This document shows, piece after piece, positions 1-12,900 of a stretch of DNA of 64,000 nt. The notes beneath the pieces were generated by a model that did no database searches, had not been told where the DNA came from, and was given only the letters and a program-made list of their open reading frames with translations. Position numbers and translations under genes: made by a program. The stretch is from Ascidiella aspersa (lineage: Eukaryota), in the NCBI GenBank assembly GCA_963924565.1, contig OZ004609.1, positions 19,220,001-19,284,000 on the forward strand, in the 5' to 3' direction. Position 1 is the stretch's first letter, and each line of letters starts with the position of its first letter.

Positions 1-882
1 GGCTGGAAGTCATGGTGGGCTAAAAGCATTTGTGTGGCTTGGGAATCCACAACAGTCTATTTGTTATCTCGAGCCCTTTAAACGCCCCCGTCGATTGATA
101 GCGGTTCAGCGTTTTACTGCATTTATGGGGCCGTGCCCCACTTGGTCGCTGTAAAGGTTTACGAACGTCTGTCAGAGAAAGGCCACCATTTAGCTTAAAA
201 ACAATTTATATTGTATGCATAAAGAAAATGTTCGGAAAAGTTTGTAAAATAGGGATGTTTCCTTTTCTGTATTCATCGCAAAACACTGTCGTTTGAATTG
301 TTTTTCTTATACAGTCATGACTTGTGCTTCAAGAAGCTCTTGTAGTTTGTACACTTTTTAAAAACTATTCTCAGTGGTTTTAATCCATGTGGAATCTTTA
401 AAAAACCTTTTTGCCCCGGCGGGTGTCCAACCTGCTCTAGCCGCTCTGCTGCCGCGTCAATAAGAAAGAATTTCTCTTAAAATTCCATCTCGTCGAACGG
501 AGTGCGTTCAACCGGTTCGTCTTTTATTCTCGTCCATCTATTTATTTCGCTGGGTTTGGGCATCTTGTCGTCCTTTTAATACCCGCAATCAATCATATTG
601 AGGTGATAGTAGCCCTAATTTTATACATAATACTTTAGTTTAGGCTTTAGTCGGGTCGACAGGACATGATTAATGAACGCATTTATTTTAAAGCTATGGG
701 TGGTTTACAAACGATTTCGTAAATTATGTGCGTGCCCTTCAGCAGAATGCATAGGGGAGATAAAAAGTGTTCACACAAAAGTAATTTATTATCGACGTGA
801 CAATTTTCTTTATACTCGTCTCTACTTCTTTAGTTCAAATATTCCTCGATGTCTATACTACATATCGCTATTTATTTACAGC

Positions 883-970
883 ATGTTTAAATTTTCAGAG
901 CGTCAAGCCTCAGAAGCATGTGCGTGGCTAAGAGCGGCCGGATTTCCTCAGTACGCACATCTGTACGAAG
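883..970 (+). CDS. DLC1/STARD13: RhoGAP exon 1 (SAM domain start)
   Basis: (MFKFS)ERQASEACAWLRAAGFPQYAHLYE; donor G|GTGAGT after 970. Starts either at ATG 883 (after acceptor TTTACAG at 881) or at acceptor TTTTCAG 898 from an upstream exon. Confidence 0.9.
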
Positions 971-3900
971 GTGAGTAATTGTTTGTTTCCATTTTTATTG
1001 AAACTTTTATAAGCGTTACTTGCTCACATAACCGTTACCGACCCTGATAAAGTATAGTTATAGGCTATATCGCAATACATCGGTGAACATTTGTATGTTG
1101 TAAACAATCTAAAACTGGGGCAAGTTGCGTGTCAACAGGAGAGTTGGTTTGTCGTACTTTTTCGCAGGCGACCAATTTTTTTAATTTTTAAACTACATTT
1201 AATTTTTTTCCTAACTTATATTTAGAATATTACCATGCCCAACGAAGTTGACTAAACTGTATATATCACAAAAGCTAATCTTTATCGAAACTTAATAAAT
1301 AAAATAAAGAATAAGATACGAATATAACGAAATCAAATTAAATGCATATAAAAAGTATTTCCTCTCTCTTGCAAGTAAATACCGATAATACCTTATAAAA
1401 AAGCAAATAAGATAATATTATTTTGGAGAAATGTATTTATCTTTATAAAATGGCTGACTTCATTTACGCCAGAAAAATATAAACTGATGCTTTATTACGT
1501 TGAACTTTACTTTTACTGTCTATAACCCTACTGTGCAAACCTTTTGGCTAAATATATGTACACCACCGTCCACTGCCTATTTTACAGAGGGGAATTTTCC
1601 TGTGGACATATCAAGTGTCACGACCGACCATGATTTTCTCGCCCAAGAACATATTGCGCCTCTTGTCAGGTAAATACTTAACATTTACAATGACTTTTGG
1701 GTCTGCGTTTCGTATCTAAGGGCTGTACGACATTGAATAACAGCAAAGTATTTGAAATTACGCGTTTTATTGAATTGTTAATATGTTTTACATTCCCAAA
1801 ATTTAAGAATCAGTTATTTTTTAGGCAGCGAAGGGAAATTGTTTGATAGAGGTATCAAGATTAGTCGAACGCCGATGCCTTCTACCTATTTATAATTATT
1901 TGCTGTTCAAATCTACAGTTTACAGGTCGCTTTGTTGCACCGTCCCTTGGATATATTACAGCGATACGTTGTTTGCCAACTATTAAAAGCTTTGAAATAT
2001 ACACCAAAATAATTTTATAACGTAAACACCAACATTTATTTGGTCTATTCAAAACGTAAAGTGTCTGAAAACCAAAGTAAATTGAACCTTTAACACACAA
2101 AAAAGCTAATCTACAAATGAGGTAAATTTTCACATCAAAGAACGTTTTAAAGAAAACAGTTAGGAGTCCGTCTTTTAGATTGTCAACCTAAATTGAAAAC
2201 GACTTTAAAAATAAGCGTCATCAAATTGGATAAAATTCTGCCTTGCATTAAAAATGCAAGCGACTCTGTTATATTTAGAGTCAAGTATCGGCATCGTGGT
2301 TTTGTTAATGCACCATGCGCTCGTCAAAGGCCTTAAAAATTGCGCGCGCTGCTGACACAGGACGAATGCCAAAGGCATAAAAAAATCCTGTAAAAAATAT
2401 CCTAATCCTGTAAAAAAATATCATATTTAACCTAAATGAAAAATTATTTTAAAAGGGGGGATATGTGTATGAATTATGTATAGATAACAAGTAGCACAAA
2501 CGCGAAGTAATCGAATTTATGTACGGATTTCACTAAGTGCTTTTTATGCTACATAAAAATTTCAATTTGTTTTATTGTATAACGACTCGAGTTTGAAGAT
2601 AATTAATTTAGGCTTTGTGAAACATTAATTGACGCCTATAGGTAGTTCAACTAAACATAAACGAAAAATTAATTTAGGTGTCAAATTTAAACTGAAATAT
2701 ATCTTTTTTGCACTTCAAAATATCAGTTTTGTTAGCCAGGTCTGACATAGCCACTTTGAAGAGACCTATTTACAGAAACCGGTAAAATTTTCCAAAACTG
2801 TCAAAAATCTTTGGTTTGCTAAAACGCCTGTTCCAAGACGAGAAGTTGACAACCATTGTGTGTGGTTGAATGATCGGTGATCAGTTTGGGCAGAGAATTT
2901 AGTTGACGTCATCAGAGTTTTGTGTCGGACAAAACATGAGTGACGTCATCCGCTGCCGCTTGCTTTCCAGTCTCTATTGACCAAATTATAGAAAGACGGC
3001 TGCTGAGGGATTACAGCACAAGCCTATATGAGCATCAATAATGCAACAACGGCGAAACAGTAGGCGGGCTACGACCCGGGTTGAGTTTGTTCCGCCATGT
3101 TTCTGACGTCATATTTGACCATTTGTTTGCCCTAACGCGTTTGTGTAAAATAGGTTGTTTGGCATGCCACAAAACGCGTGCGTCTGTTCACCAAACGTAC
3201 GTGATAATTCGACAATTTTTAAGCCCTAAGTCGGCAACCAAGCGTGGCATTGCACAAATGCCGTCGGTTTGACAGTGAAAGTGGAGCCTTCGTTATTTGA
3301 CTTCACGTGCCTAACATTACTAATATTTTTGCTACTGTTGATTTCGGCTGATGTGACGCATTTGGCTTTTCATTTTGATTTGGGTCAGGCATTTACAATT
3401 CAAAACACTGATATTATGGTTTCGTTAATGCACCATTCGGTCCTCTAAGGACTTTAAATTGCTTAGGATTCAAACAAAAGACGATTTACAAAGTCATTTT
3501 AAAAGTTGAAACGCCTTGCTGTTATAAAAACGGATAACAAACCGAATCGGCATATTGAAAAATCTATCTTCTTTGAACAAAACCAACACTTGGTAAAACA
3601 AATAATAGGGATAGCGGCAAAAGAAGAGTGTTCTAATAGTGTGTTTTCAATGTGTCGCCAGCAAGTTAAGACCAAAACCTTTACAGATGATAGTATAGTG
3701 CGCCCAATTGCATTGGATTATCATGACGGTAAATGCTTCACTAAAAGACCTAAAACCGTATGACGTCATGCAATTTCTGGGCTTTCCTAAACCAATCGAT
3801 TCTCAAACCCTATATTCGGCATATAGAAACCGGCGCACATTCCCGTGCAGTTGGCATATTGCGCTTAGAGTTGTTCTACATAATAGGTCGGCACGTTATC

Positions 3901-6900
3901 GGTTTACCTAATAAACAATCGATGGGTCGACTACCGGCCCCTTGCCTCAGCTTTTGTTTAAACGTTATTCCTCTGCACTGGGCGTGATCGATTTCCATAT
4001 GCATGCAGTCAGAATCAGGGTCTACGTAGCAAGTGCATTTCTGAAATGTTTTCATGCAGTCGAGTGTACGTTCGTTTAAACAGGATAAGCCTGCGTTTTT
4101 TTAAATTGTTCAAGACAGTTAAAAAGTTTGAAGTGAAAAACAGTAAAGGGCTTAAATGTGGTTTGTAAAAAGTTTTTAGATGTACAAATCAGTTTTTGGA
4201 TTGACTCATCTTGTACAAAGCCTTTCAGTAGGACTTAGGTGTTTTTGCGTTAAAGCTGTTCATAATATTTGTACACTACTCATTCTTGAATTCAAAAGAA
4301 CTTTGAATTAAAAGTTATGGAATTTCTAAAAGTCCAAAATTAAATTTTAGTAAAGCCCTTTTTTCAATAAATCAATAAATACGACCTAACGCACTGCATA
4401 TAAATACCAAAGGCCAAGTTCGTGGGTTGTGATATTTTTTTATTGTTTACTTTGATTTTTTTAACACGACACAATTCATGAAATGCGTAACCCAACTGCA
4501 GATTATTTACAATCCAGATCGGAAGCGATTAGGTATAGTGGAACGCGCTTTATTGGATTACCTGTGAGCCGCCCGTAAAACGTTCGAAAAACAATCCTTA
4601 ACCTTCAAGTCCGAATTCGGAATGACGTCACTCATCCGATTTCTGCGCAAAAAAGCAAAGAAATTTCGGTGACGTCAGCAAGCAATGTGTTATCGTCGTG
4701 ATGTGTGTACAAAACCGTTGGCCAACAATCGTATTAACTGAGACGAACTTCGTCTGGAATGTAACCTTTACTGCATACTTTTACTTGTAACACTAGGGGC
4801 GCTAAAGGCTGGCGCAGTGCAGATAGGTGCATGCACACTAGCAAAACGAAATTTACATTTATTACGATAACTAACATATGATTTTAGGAACGCTATTTAA
4901 ACTAGAATAGTTGGATTACAACGCATTCTTTGTTCTCAAGTCTACATAAATTTTCGAAAATCCATACGAATAATAACGTATAAATTTAAAGCTTAGTCTT
5001 GCCTTTAAACTACAGAGTGCATTCAAGAATTTATAGCTTACCTCATTTTTGTGTTTTAAGTACTTACGCAATTTCGAATAGTTTTACAAATGATAAAATG
5101 TGATTGATGTTGTAGTATATTTTATGTATTTAACGTTTTAAACGTCATGGCATGCTATTTTAATAGTGAAACGTAATATAGGGTTATGCTTGTAATTAGT
5201 GGTAGTGAACGGTTCAATCTAAAAGTAGATAGTAGGTTTTGGGCCAGACTTTGCTAATCGCACATATTCATATTCTATATATTAAAATTTGTAATCTGTT
5301 ACGCTCACAAGGTCATGTTCACATTAATTGCATTTATTTGTTTCGTTCGAATCAATGTATATTTTATTTACCAGACGGCTCGATGTGCTGAACAAGTGCG
5401 CCACAATGAAGCTCGACAAACCTTCGGTGAGTGAAGTGTTTATTTTAGTTACATATATATATATATAGGGGAAAATAGTTTATGAATTATACGTTGTTGA
5501 ATGGTTTACTTTATGTTGTGCTTTGCCCATTCTTTTTATATTATACCTGGTGGTTTGTAATAAAGCCTTCTGTGGGCTCCGAACTGAATATACAGTGGAA
5601 CATTTTTTTGGCATGTTTCGCATAGCTGTTTCTAACATATATTCTTCAACTCACTTTTAAGACGCTGTTTTATTAGGCGCTAGTGATACTATGTAATAGC
5701 ATTTCGAAGTTGTACATGAAAACGATTGATTGAGAAACAAGGTTTGTTCAGAAAAAATTCCTGAACTAGACTAAATCTTTCATTTCAACAAAGTTACAGT
5801 CTAATAATTTGAGCTACGCTCGTCACTAATCATCAACGAACATCTACAAGTTGGTGTGGCGATATTCTTGGATACTTTGCGACGTCATTCTCAGAAACCA
5901 ATCTGCCGGTCGTCACGTTCGCTGCCTTACATCGGCTCTCAACAGCGCGAATCGCCTTGGCCATTGTGCTTATCAGCATCGGCCTTTGCATTCCAGATCT
6001 CTTATCTCGGGCTCGGTGAACAGGCATTTGCTTGCTCGTATGTTCCAATTGGCCCTTGTCAGATGGGATGCCGATAGCGACGAGTCCCACTCTCGCTCTT
6101 CCTTCCCGACCGGCTGTTAATCGCCTGGCCTTTGTCACTTTTATCTGGCTGACGTTGCCCGTGTTTAAGCAGCAGCTCGCAAACCGGTGTCTGGCTTCGA
6201 AATTACGTTTTCTCGACAGCTTGCGGTTTTGCGAACAGCACTAGGAATACATTTAAGTACTTTTAGTCCACAGTGCTAAGAGAGCTTGTTTTTTTTCCAT
6301 AGCAAACCAAAATCTATCACCCTAAAATGGCTAACTTTATTTTGTAAACCGTGCCTAATGCAAAACTGTTGGTTAAAAGTTTACACATTTGTTTGTATGC
6401 ACTGTTCGATAACAGCCTAATTTTAAACGTTTTTTGTAATTATTCATTCTTTGCTTTTCGAATCTAATGCTGCCTGATGTCAACTGTAAGTTACGGAACA
6501 TCAATTTGCCGAGCTGGTATCCATCAAATTGATTCCAATTACGGGTCACCTAAGCGACATGGGATCGAACCAGCGCGGCTGTTTCGTTCATCGATCACCA
6601 AACCTTCAACTCTGACTATTACCCGCTTAAGCACTTATATATATAAAGCGGCCCAAAATTTTCCCAACTATTTAGATTTAACAGAAAACAATTAAAGCCA
6701 GCTAACAACTGTGACTGCGTAATGTGCTTTCCAGGTGTACGAAAACATTGGATTTATTCTTTCCGAAGACTAGACTAGCTAGTTTAAAAGTTTGTCATAA
6801 TAGTTACCTTTCTGTAAATGTCTATTAAATATCGATTGTTTCAGGGTTAATTTTGCCAAAACGAAAAAATCGTGCATAATAATAATGTGTTGTGAAAAGT

Positions 6901-9900
6901 TACCTTTAATCTTGGTAAATAACACACCATTGGGCAAATTTAGCTAATACCAAAACAACATTCCACGTGTTCTTTGCAATAATTAAAATTCTCTCATTTA
7001 CCACTTATATTTATCGATTTTCCGTTTTTTTGGAACATTTTAAATCTGATAATATCTCGACGAACGATGCTCGGCAGATTTGTCTCAAGTCCTGTGTTGA
7101 TTAGTGGCGAGCAGCTAGGGCGGCAATCATGTCGTAATTAAGGGGTTAGCGGTTATTTCGGTCGTTGTGCATCCGCTGCTGCCACCCGCTAACCCACAGA
7201 CGAAGCGCCACCCAAGCAGTAGGCGCGCGCGACAACCGATCATTACCAGGGATTGTTCGTTCGCGACCGCAACAACTCCTTTAGGCAGCTTGCCAGCGCC
7301 AAATCAAACCCGTCAAAGTACGGCTTTACTGTAGAGGTCGTTGTGTGCCGCAAAAACTGTTATTGTGGCGCAGCCTGCGTATTCGTGCGATTTTATCGCT
7401 GGAATTCTGTCGCGCGGACGTGGGAAAAGGTCACCGAAGGAAAACGCTTTCCAACACAACTTCCTGCATTGGCATTTCGTTACAATTGCTCGCGTTTTTT
7501 TGGAAAAACGGCTTCGTCAAAGTCCGATCAATCGAAACGATAAGAAGGGATTTACACCGAGCCTTTTCCGATTGGCACGTGCTGGAATGGGTCATCCCAG
7601 TGCCGTGCTGCTTATCCATTCGCAAGAAAATGCTTTTTAAAATTTAAATTTAATATTTGTTGATTAGGAAGAAAATATTTTTGTATTTGCGTCTATAAGA
7701 TGCATAACTGCATACGGACACCAGGCGTTTGATTAATTCCTAAACGAAAGCCAAATCGCCTTAAAATAAGGTGGCATTTGGAAAGAGCGGTCCTAATCTT
7801 TCATGATCGGGCGCTTGTCGCTAAAAAAAGACGTTTGCTTGTGGCTTGTTGGCTCCTTCCGAACATTGCTTCGAACTTGTTTGACGCAGGCCAATGACTT
7901 GTTTACGAGGGGTGACATGCCACGCGTTGGCCACTTCGCCTTGTACTTAAGGAATAAACACTAGATTTGTCTCGGAGAACTGTTTTATGAGCTTTTGGGT
8001 TTATATCGGGAGTCTTGTTATCGCATATTATCTGCCATATGCCGTTAGGTGTCGCACAAACGTAGTAGCAACTGTAGAGTTCATCGCAGTAAAGCAGGCC
8101 ATAACTAAGATATTTGGGTGAATTGACAATAACATTTTAACTGTGTAATGTATTGATTTGTGTTGTCTGCCATGGTAGTGTTTGTATATAGCTGGTTAGC
8201 GTCCAGTTCTTTTCTTTTAAATTCTGATTGATATAAACAGACATTAAACGTTTTAGCGTTATCATCCTCCCTCACCCTTATACCCTCCGTGTAGTTTGTC
8301 GTATAGGCCGAAGCAAATCCAGTTATAGCTTTTGTCAACTCCGTACTGCTTACACGCGTCTCGCAGCACTAATGCCCTTTTCCGGATGGAAGGATTACGG
8401 CGTCAAGCCTTATCTCGCATCCGCCCTACACGGGCGTCGAGCATAAGTGAACACATATAAGCGTGTTGGCATCGTAAACAAGCTCCCACGCGGACCGGAG
8501 AAAATCGGCCTCAGGCAAATATTCGCCAATTCCTTGACGTTTTATTGCATTCCTGCTATGGGATTATAGCGCTGATTTATCGAAATTCCGCGCTGACGGA
8601 GCCGGCTTGTTCTGGATTGCTTACATTTCACTGGTTGTATGTTTATATTTGCGCCTGTGCCGACTTCTTGTAGTTCGTAACAACACCATGATGACAAAGA
8701 TGATATTAGAAAACTAAAAGACTATACCCAGCTTTGAATGCGATTTTATACATGTTGATAATATTTAGTTAGTTGTTCACTGTCTAAATATGTAACGACA
8801 ATGATTTGCGGATGATTATTTTGTTTAATCGTTTTTTGTTTGACACTCTAATTCTAATGGATTGTACACAGATTGCCTATACGCGAGGCCATTTGTTGCG
8901 CTTAAACATTTATGACCATATAAAACAGTTATGCGCATTGTAAAACCTAATAGATTCCTTAATCGCATAACTTAACTTAATAAAGACTGAAATTCGATAA
9001 AAAATTTGGGATTTCCTATCCATTAAACGGTACTGCAAATGTTAGAATAATGATTAATGCGACCTGTTGTAAAATGCTATTTATGGAAAGTTATTTTGTT
9101 ACCGGTAAACTTCTTCCCTCGGAATGTATTAGGTGCACTACTTTGTGTAATAACATTCCTGTACCCCATGACAACACGGTAGCCAGGTATTTTACGAGTG
9201 AAGTTTTTATTGTATGCCCCATGTTTTGCAGCTTGTTTTCGAGTAAAGGGTGCAATTCTCATATACTTTACGACGAAAATCCTTTTAGGCTTTTGTTAAG
9301 CCTACCACAGCATAAATTGGTGCAATGTTTGATTCTCTTCTGGATTAGGCGTTACCGAACATACCGATTAGCAAGAATTAACCTAAACACTTTTACATCC
9401 CTGCTCAATTTCAAGGTGTCGAATACTCCCAATACAGTTGGATGAAATCACATACAGAGTTTAAACAACAAACAAATTTTACAGAAATTGTAAAAAAAAA
9501 CAATACTTGTTCTTGTGTTGTTTGCATACTATGTGAAACCATACCATTTTGTTGAATGTTTTTGACGTGATAGATTTTTGTGCAACCAACAACCCAAGTA
9601 ACCCTTCATATCGTGGAGAAGGTTTCACTAGTTAACCAAGGTAATGTTTAAGAAATAATTAGGAATACAGATAAGCGGGGGGGGGGGGCTGAGGGACCAT
9701 GCAGGTCCCCCTGATTTATAAAAATTTATTCTTAATAATTTGTTTTTTTAGCATTTACGAGCAGTACCATAACACTCGGTCACATCATACAACACCTTTA
9801 ATTGTCATGCATTGTTACGTCACAAACGATATAGTTAATATTACGTTTGCTATACATTAATGTAGTTTTGCTACTTTTAGACAGTTTTTGCTCTTTGACT

Positions 9901-12900
9901 GTTTTTAGGTATTGCGTTTAACACTCATTTAGTTGCTGCTCGAAAAGGTTTGCTAGCATTGTTTTTGTGTTCGTTACAGGAGTTATACAATGACAAAAGT
10001 TAAAGAAAAAAGTCCAAACATTTTGGCCCCCCCAAAAAATTTTCGGCTGGGTACGCCACTGGGAATACAGTAGCAAATTAGCAAATTATATGCATGGGGC
10101 GAGAGCAACTTTTCACTTCGATATTTGGTGCATCGCGGCACCACAACATCGGCAGGATGTGGTTATGCCTGACTGATAAAATCCCGCTAGATCGCGAAAT
10201 CCCGCTAGATCGCTTCGCACACATCGAAGGGCGACAATTTTGCAAATTGCAAGTCGACCAAAAATTGCCGTGTTCCGCCCTGTAATTTTTGTTTTCGCCC
10301 AGCGCAGTTCTGCAGTGCATAATCCCACAGGCGTACATCGGGCCCACTGAACGAAGTTGTTAAACGATTATTTCGTTGCCCCATGACATTCCATTCTGCT
10401 ATATTTCGTATCATTAGGGCTCTTAACACAAGGAATATTACACCAGAACTGATTGCAATAAATTGCTATTGAATTTATTGCAATCGACCAATATGCGTTG
10501 GTCGTTCGAAACTTTTGGAAAATATTATTTGATTGCCATTTTCGTCCAGTACATGCGTAAATCCTGTGTCATATGGCTTAAAATCCTTTATGTAGGGGTT
10601 TGTCTATTTATTAAAGAATGTATGACCCGTTTTTTATTTTGGCTTTGTTGACCGCTATGAAATTTTAAGTTACAGCACCTATAAGACCAACTGATAAATC
10701 TCTGTTATGGTTAAAGAAGTGGGATGTATCTTAAAATCCGTTGGATAAATTTTAGAGACCGCTTCCGCTCAAAATACCTAAGAATACACTTAGTATGTCA
10801 TCCGTTTGTAAAACGCAAAATCTGGTAACAATACCAAAAGTAAAATTCAATAAAACTGTAAAGTTGTTTTCACGAATTTCGCAATCAAGCCGAGGTGTGT
10901 TTCTGGGTGGCCTGCATTAACATCATCCTGTGGGAAACTACAGTGGATCAGCGCAGCTTAAGGACGATTAACGGTTGTCGTTCGGCCATCTCTCTGCCGC
11001 GCTAATTCAAGCCAGGATCGACACCTGTGCGCAACAAAGCATGACCCTAATGACGTAGAACCCCATGTTGTTGACATGTTCCCTTTGATTCTTGTGTCTC
11101 TCAATTGCTTACGCCTTACATGTTTACGTCAGCGTCATCGTGATCGATTTGGTTTCCTTCTTTCCACACAGTTTTGATTGCAAGCCCTGAAAACTTTATT
11201 CTTTTGATCAATTGGGGATTTTGGGGGTTAATAGGTGATTTTTGGATGACAGTCGGTCGTACTAAATCGGGATTTTTATTTTCTCCTTCATGGATCATCT
11301 TTAAAGAACGTGACACCAAATGAAAGGCGGCGATCACGAAAAAAAAGTAGACGATCGGACATCCAATCCAACGTTCTTTATTGTACTTTGTCACGAATTA
11401 TCATCTTTTATATCCTATATATATCTCGATACAGATTTCATGTATAAATTTGGCCATACATGTACCTGGGACTAATTAATATATATCAAACGTATGTTTT
11501 GCGCCCGATATGTTGTTGTGTCAAGCGAGTGCAATGAGTTCTACTCAGCCAAAGCTACATCTAGCAGCGTGGTAGGTCCGCAATCCGTTTAGCAGTGCTT
11601 CGTGCTTTTCCCGTGCGCTTTTCTTTCCGCACCTGCTCGTGGCGATGGCTGTCGCCCATATATCGATCGCGCCTCAAGTAGTTGCCACTCCCGCTAAAGC
11701 GACCCGAACCCCAGTGAACCGAGTCTGGTCGAAATACCGAGCCGAAAACAGGCGGGCGCTGGAAAAATAAGGTAATTTTAGCGAGTGTGCGGCTTTTACA
11801 CTGTTTCCTCTTCGCAGTACAATCCGGGTGACAACCTTTCAGATAACCGTTTTTCGAACTAAAATGGGGGACAATCCGTACTTTCAGGGTCTCTTGGGAC
11901 GACGTATTCTTGACAAAAACAAGCGTCACAGTGACATAAATGTGTTGATATTTGTGAAAAGAAAATGTTTCAGTTGCACTGATTCGAGGCATTGTGGCAA
12001 GACCGTCACGCCAATTTGCGTTCGTGATTCATATTTCGGGGTATCATTTCGTACGTTAGGTGCACTGTAGAAGATGTTTTAAGTTGTTTCCTGGCTTAAA
12101 ATGCCCTGCATCAGGAATCCGTGTCTCGAGTCACGTTGGCAGATATTTGAGGCATACAGTATAAACAATGCTTTTACGACGTTCAGTCGACCGTAAAATC
12201 GCATTCCAACCTATTTCGATTGTCAACCAGTTTAACACCGTAATGCACTGATGTTATTCCCATGGTGTTCAACTTTAACGCTGTCCAAACTAATACGGAA
12301 TGATAAATCCAGGTCGTTGATGTTTGCTGTTTATGCAAAGGACCCCTGCAAAAAAAATTGTTTGCGGTTTCGTACGTTTATTGGGTTGTTTTATTTACAC
12401 AAATACCATTTATTGCTGGGCACCGTGAAAGTTAAGGTCCAAAGATTAAAGCGTTAGTCAACATTGTTTTATGTTGTGTGAATCAACAACATTTTTGTTA
12501 ACTCTTAATCGCCGTTTTTGTAAACGTATTCCATTTGACTTTGATTCAGCTTCCATGCAATATTCTGAGATTGTTAATTTATAAGTCAGTTGTGAGTAAC
12601 GCTCAACACCTGTTTAACGTTTTACGCAACGGCGCCATACTGAATTTCTTTCCACGACAGACGATTAATTCATCAAATACGACTCCAGGTAAAGGTCCCT
12701 TCAACTGAATTCTATGTCGGGAAGAGTGTGTGTTTTCGTGCGAGTTGTGTTCGCTGTAGCTTTATTCGGCCTGTCGCGGTTTGTTTTAGGCGGGTTATTT
12801 CGAATACGCCCACAAACGTACGAACAACGTACGCCGACGTTAGCACATTCCTGGACGCATATTCTTTAATACCTCAAACAAACCTATAAACAGAAGCTAT

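Noticed and set aside
673-882. 5' part of ORF 673-978
   Set aside because: AT-rich intron-like sequence; family similarity begins only at about 899
11561-11992. 143-aa minus-strand ORF and a plus-strand donor AAG|GTAATT at 11771
   Set aside because: No recognisable motif; no ATG in the phase-0 frame, and the ATG 11645 ORF stops just before the donor
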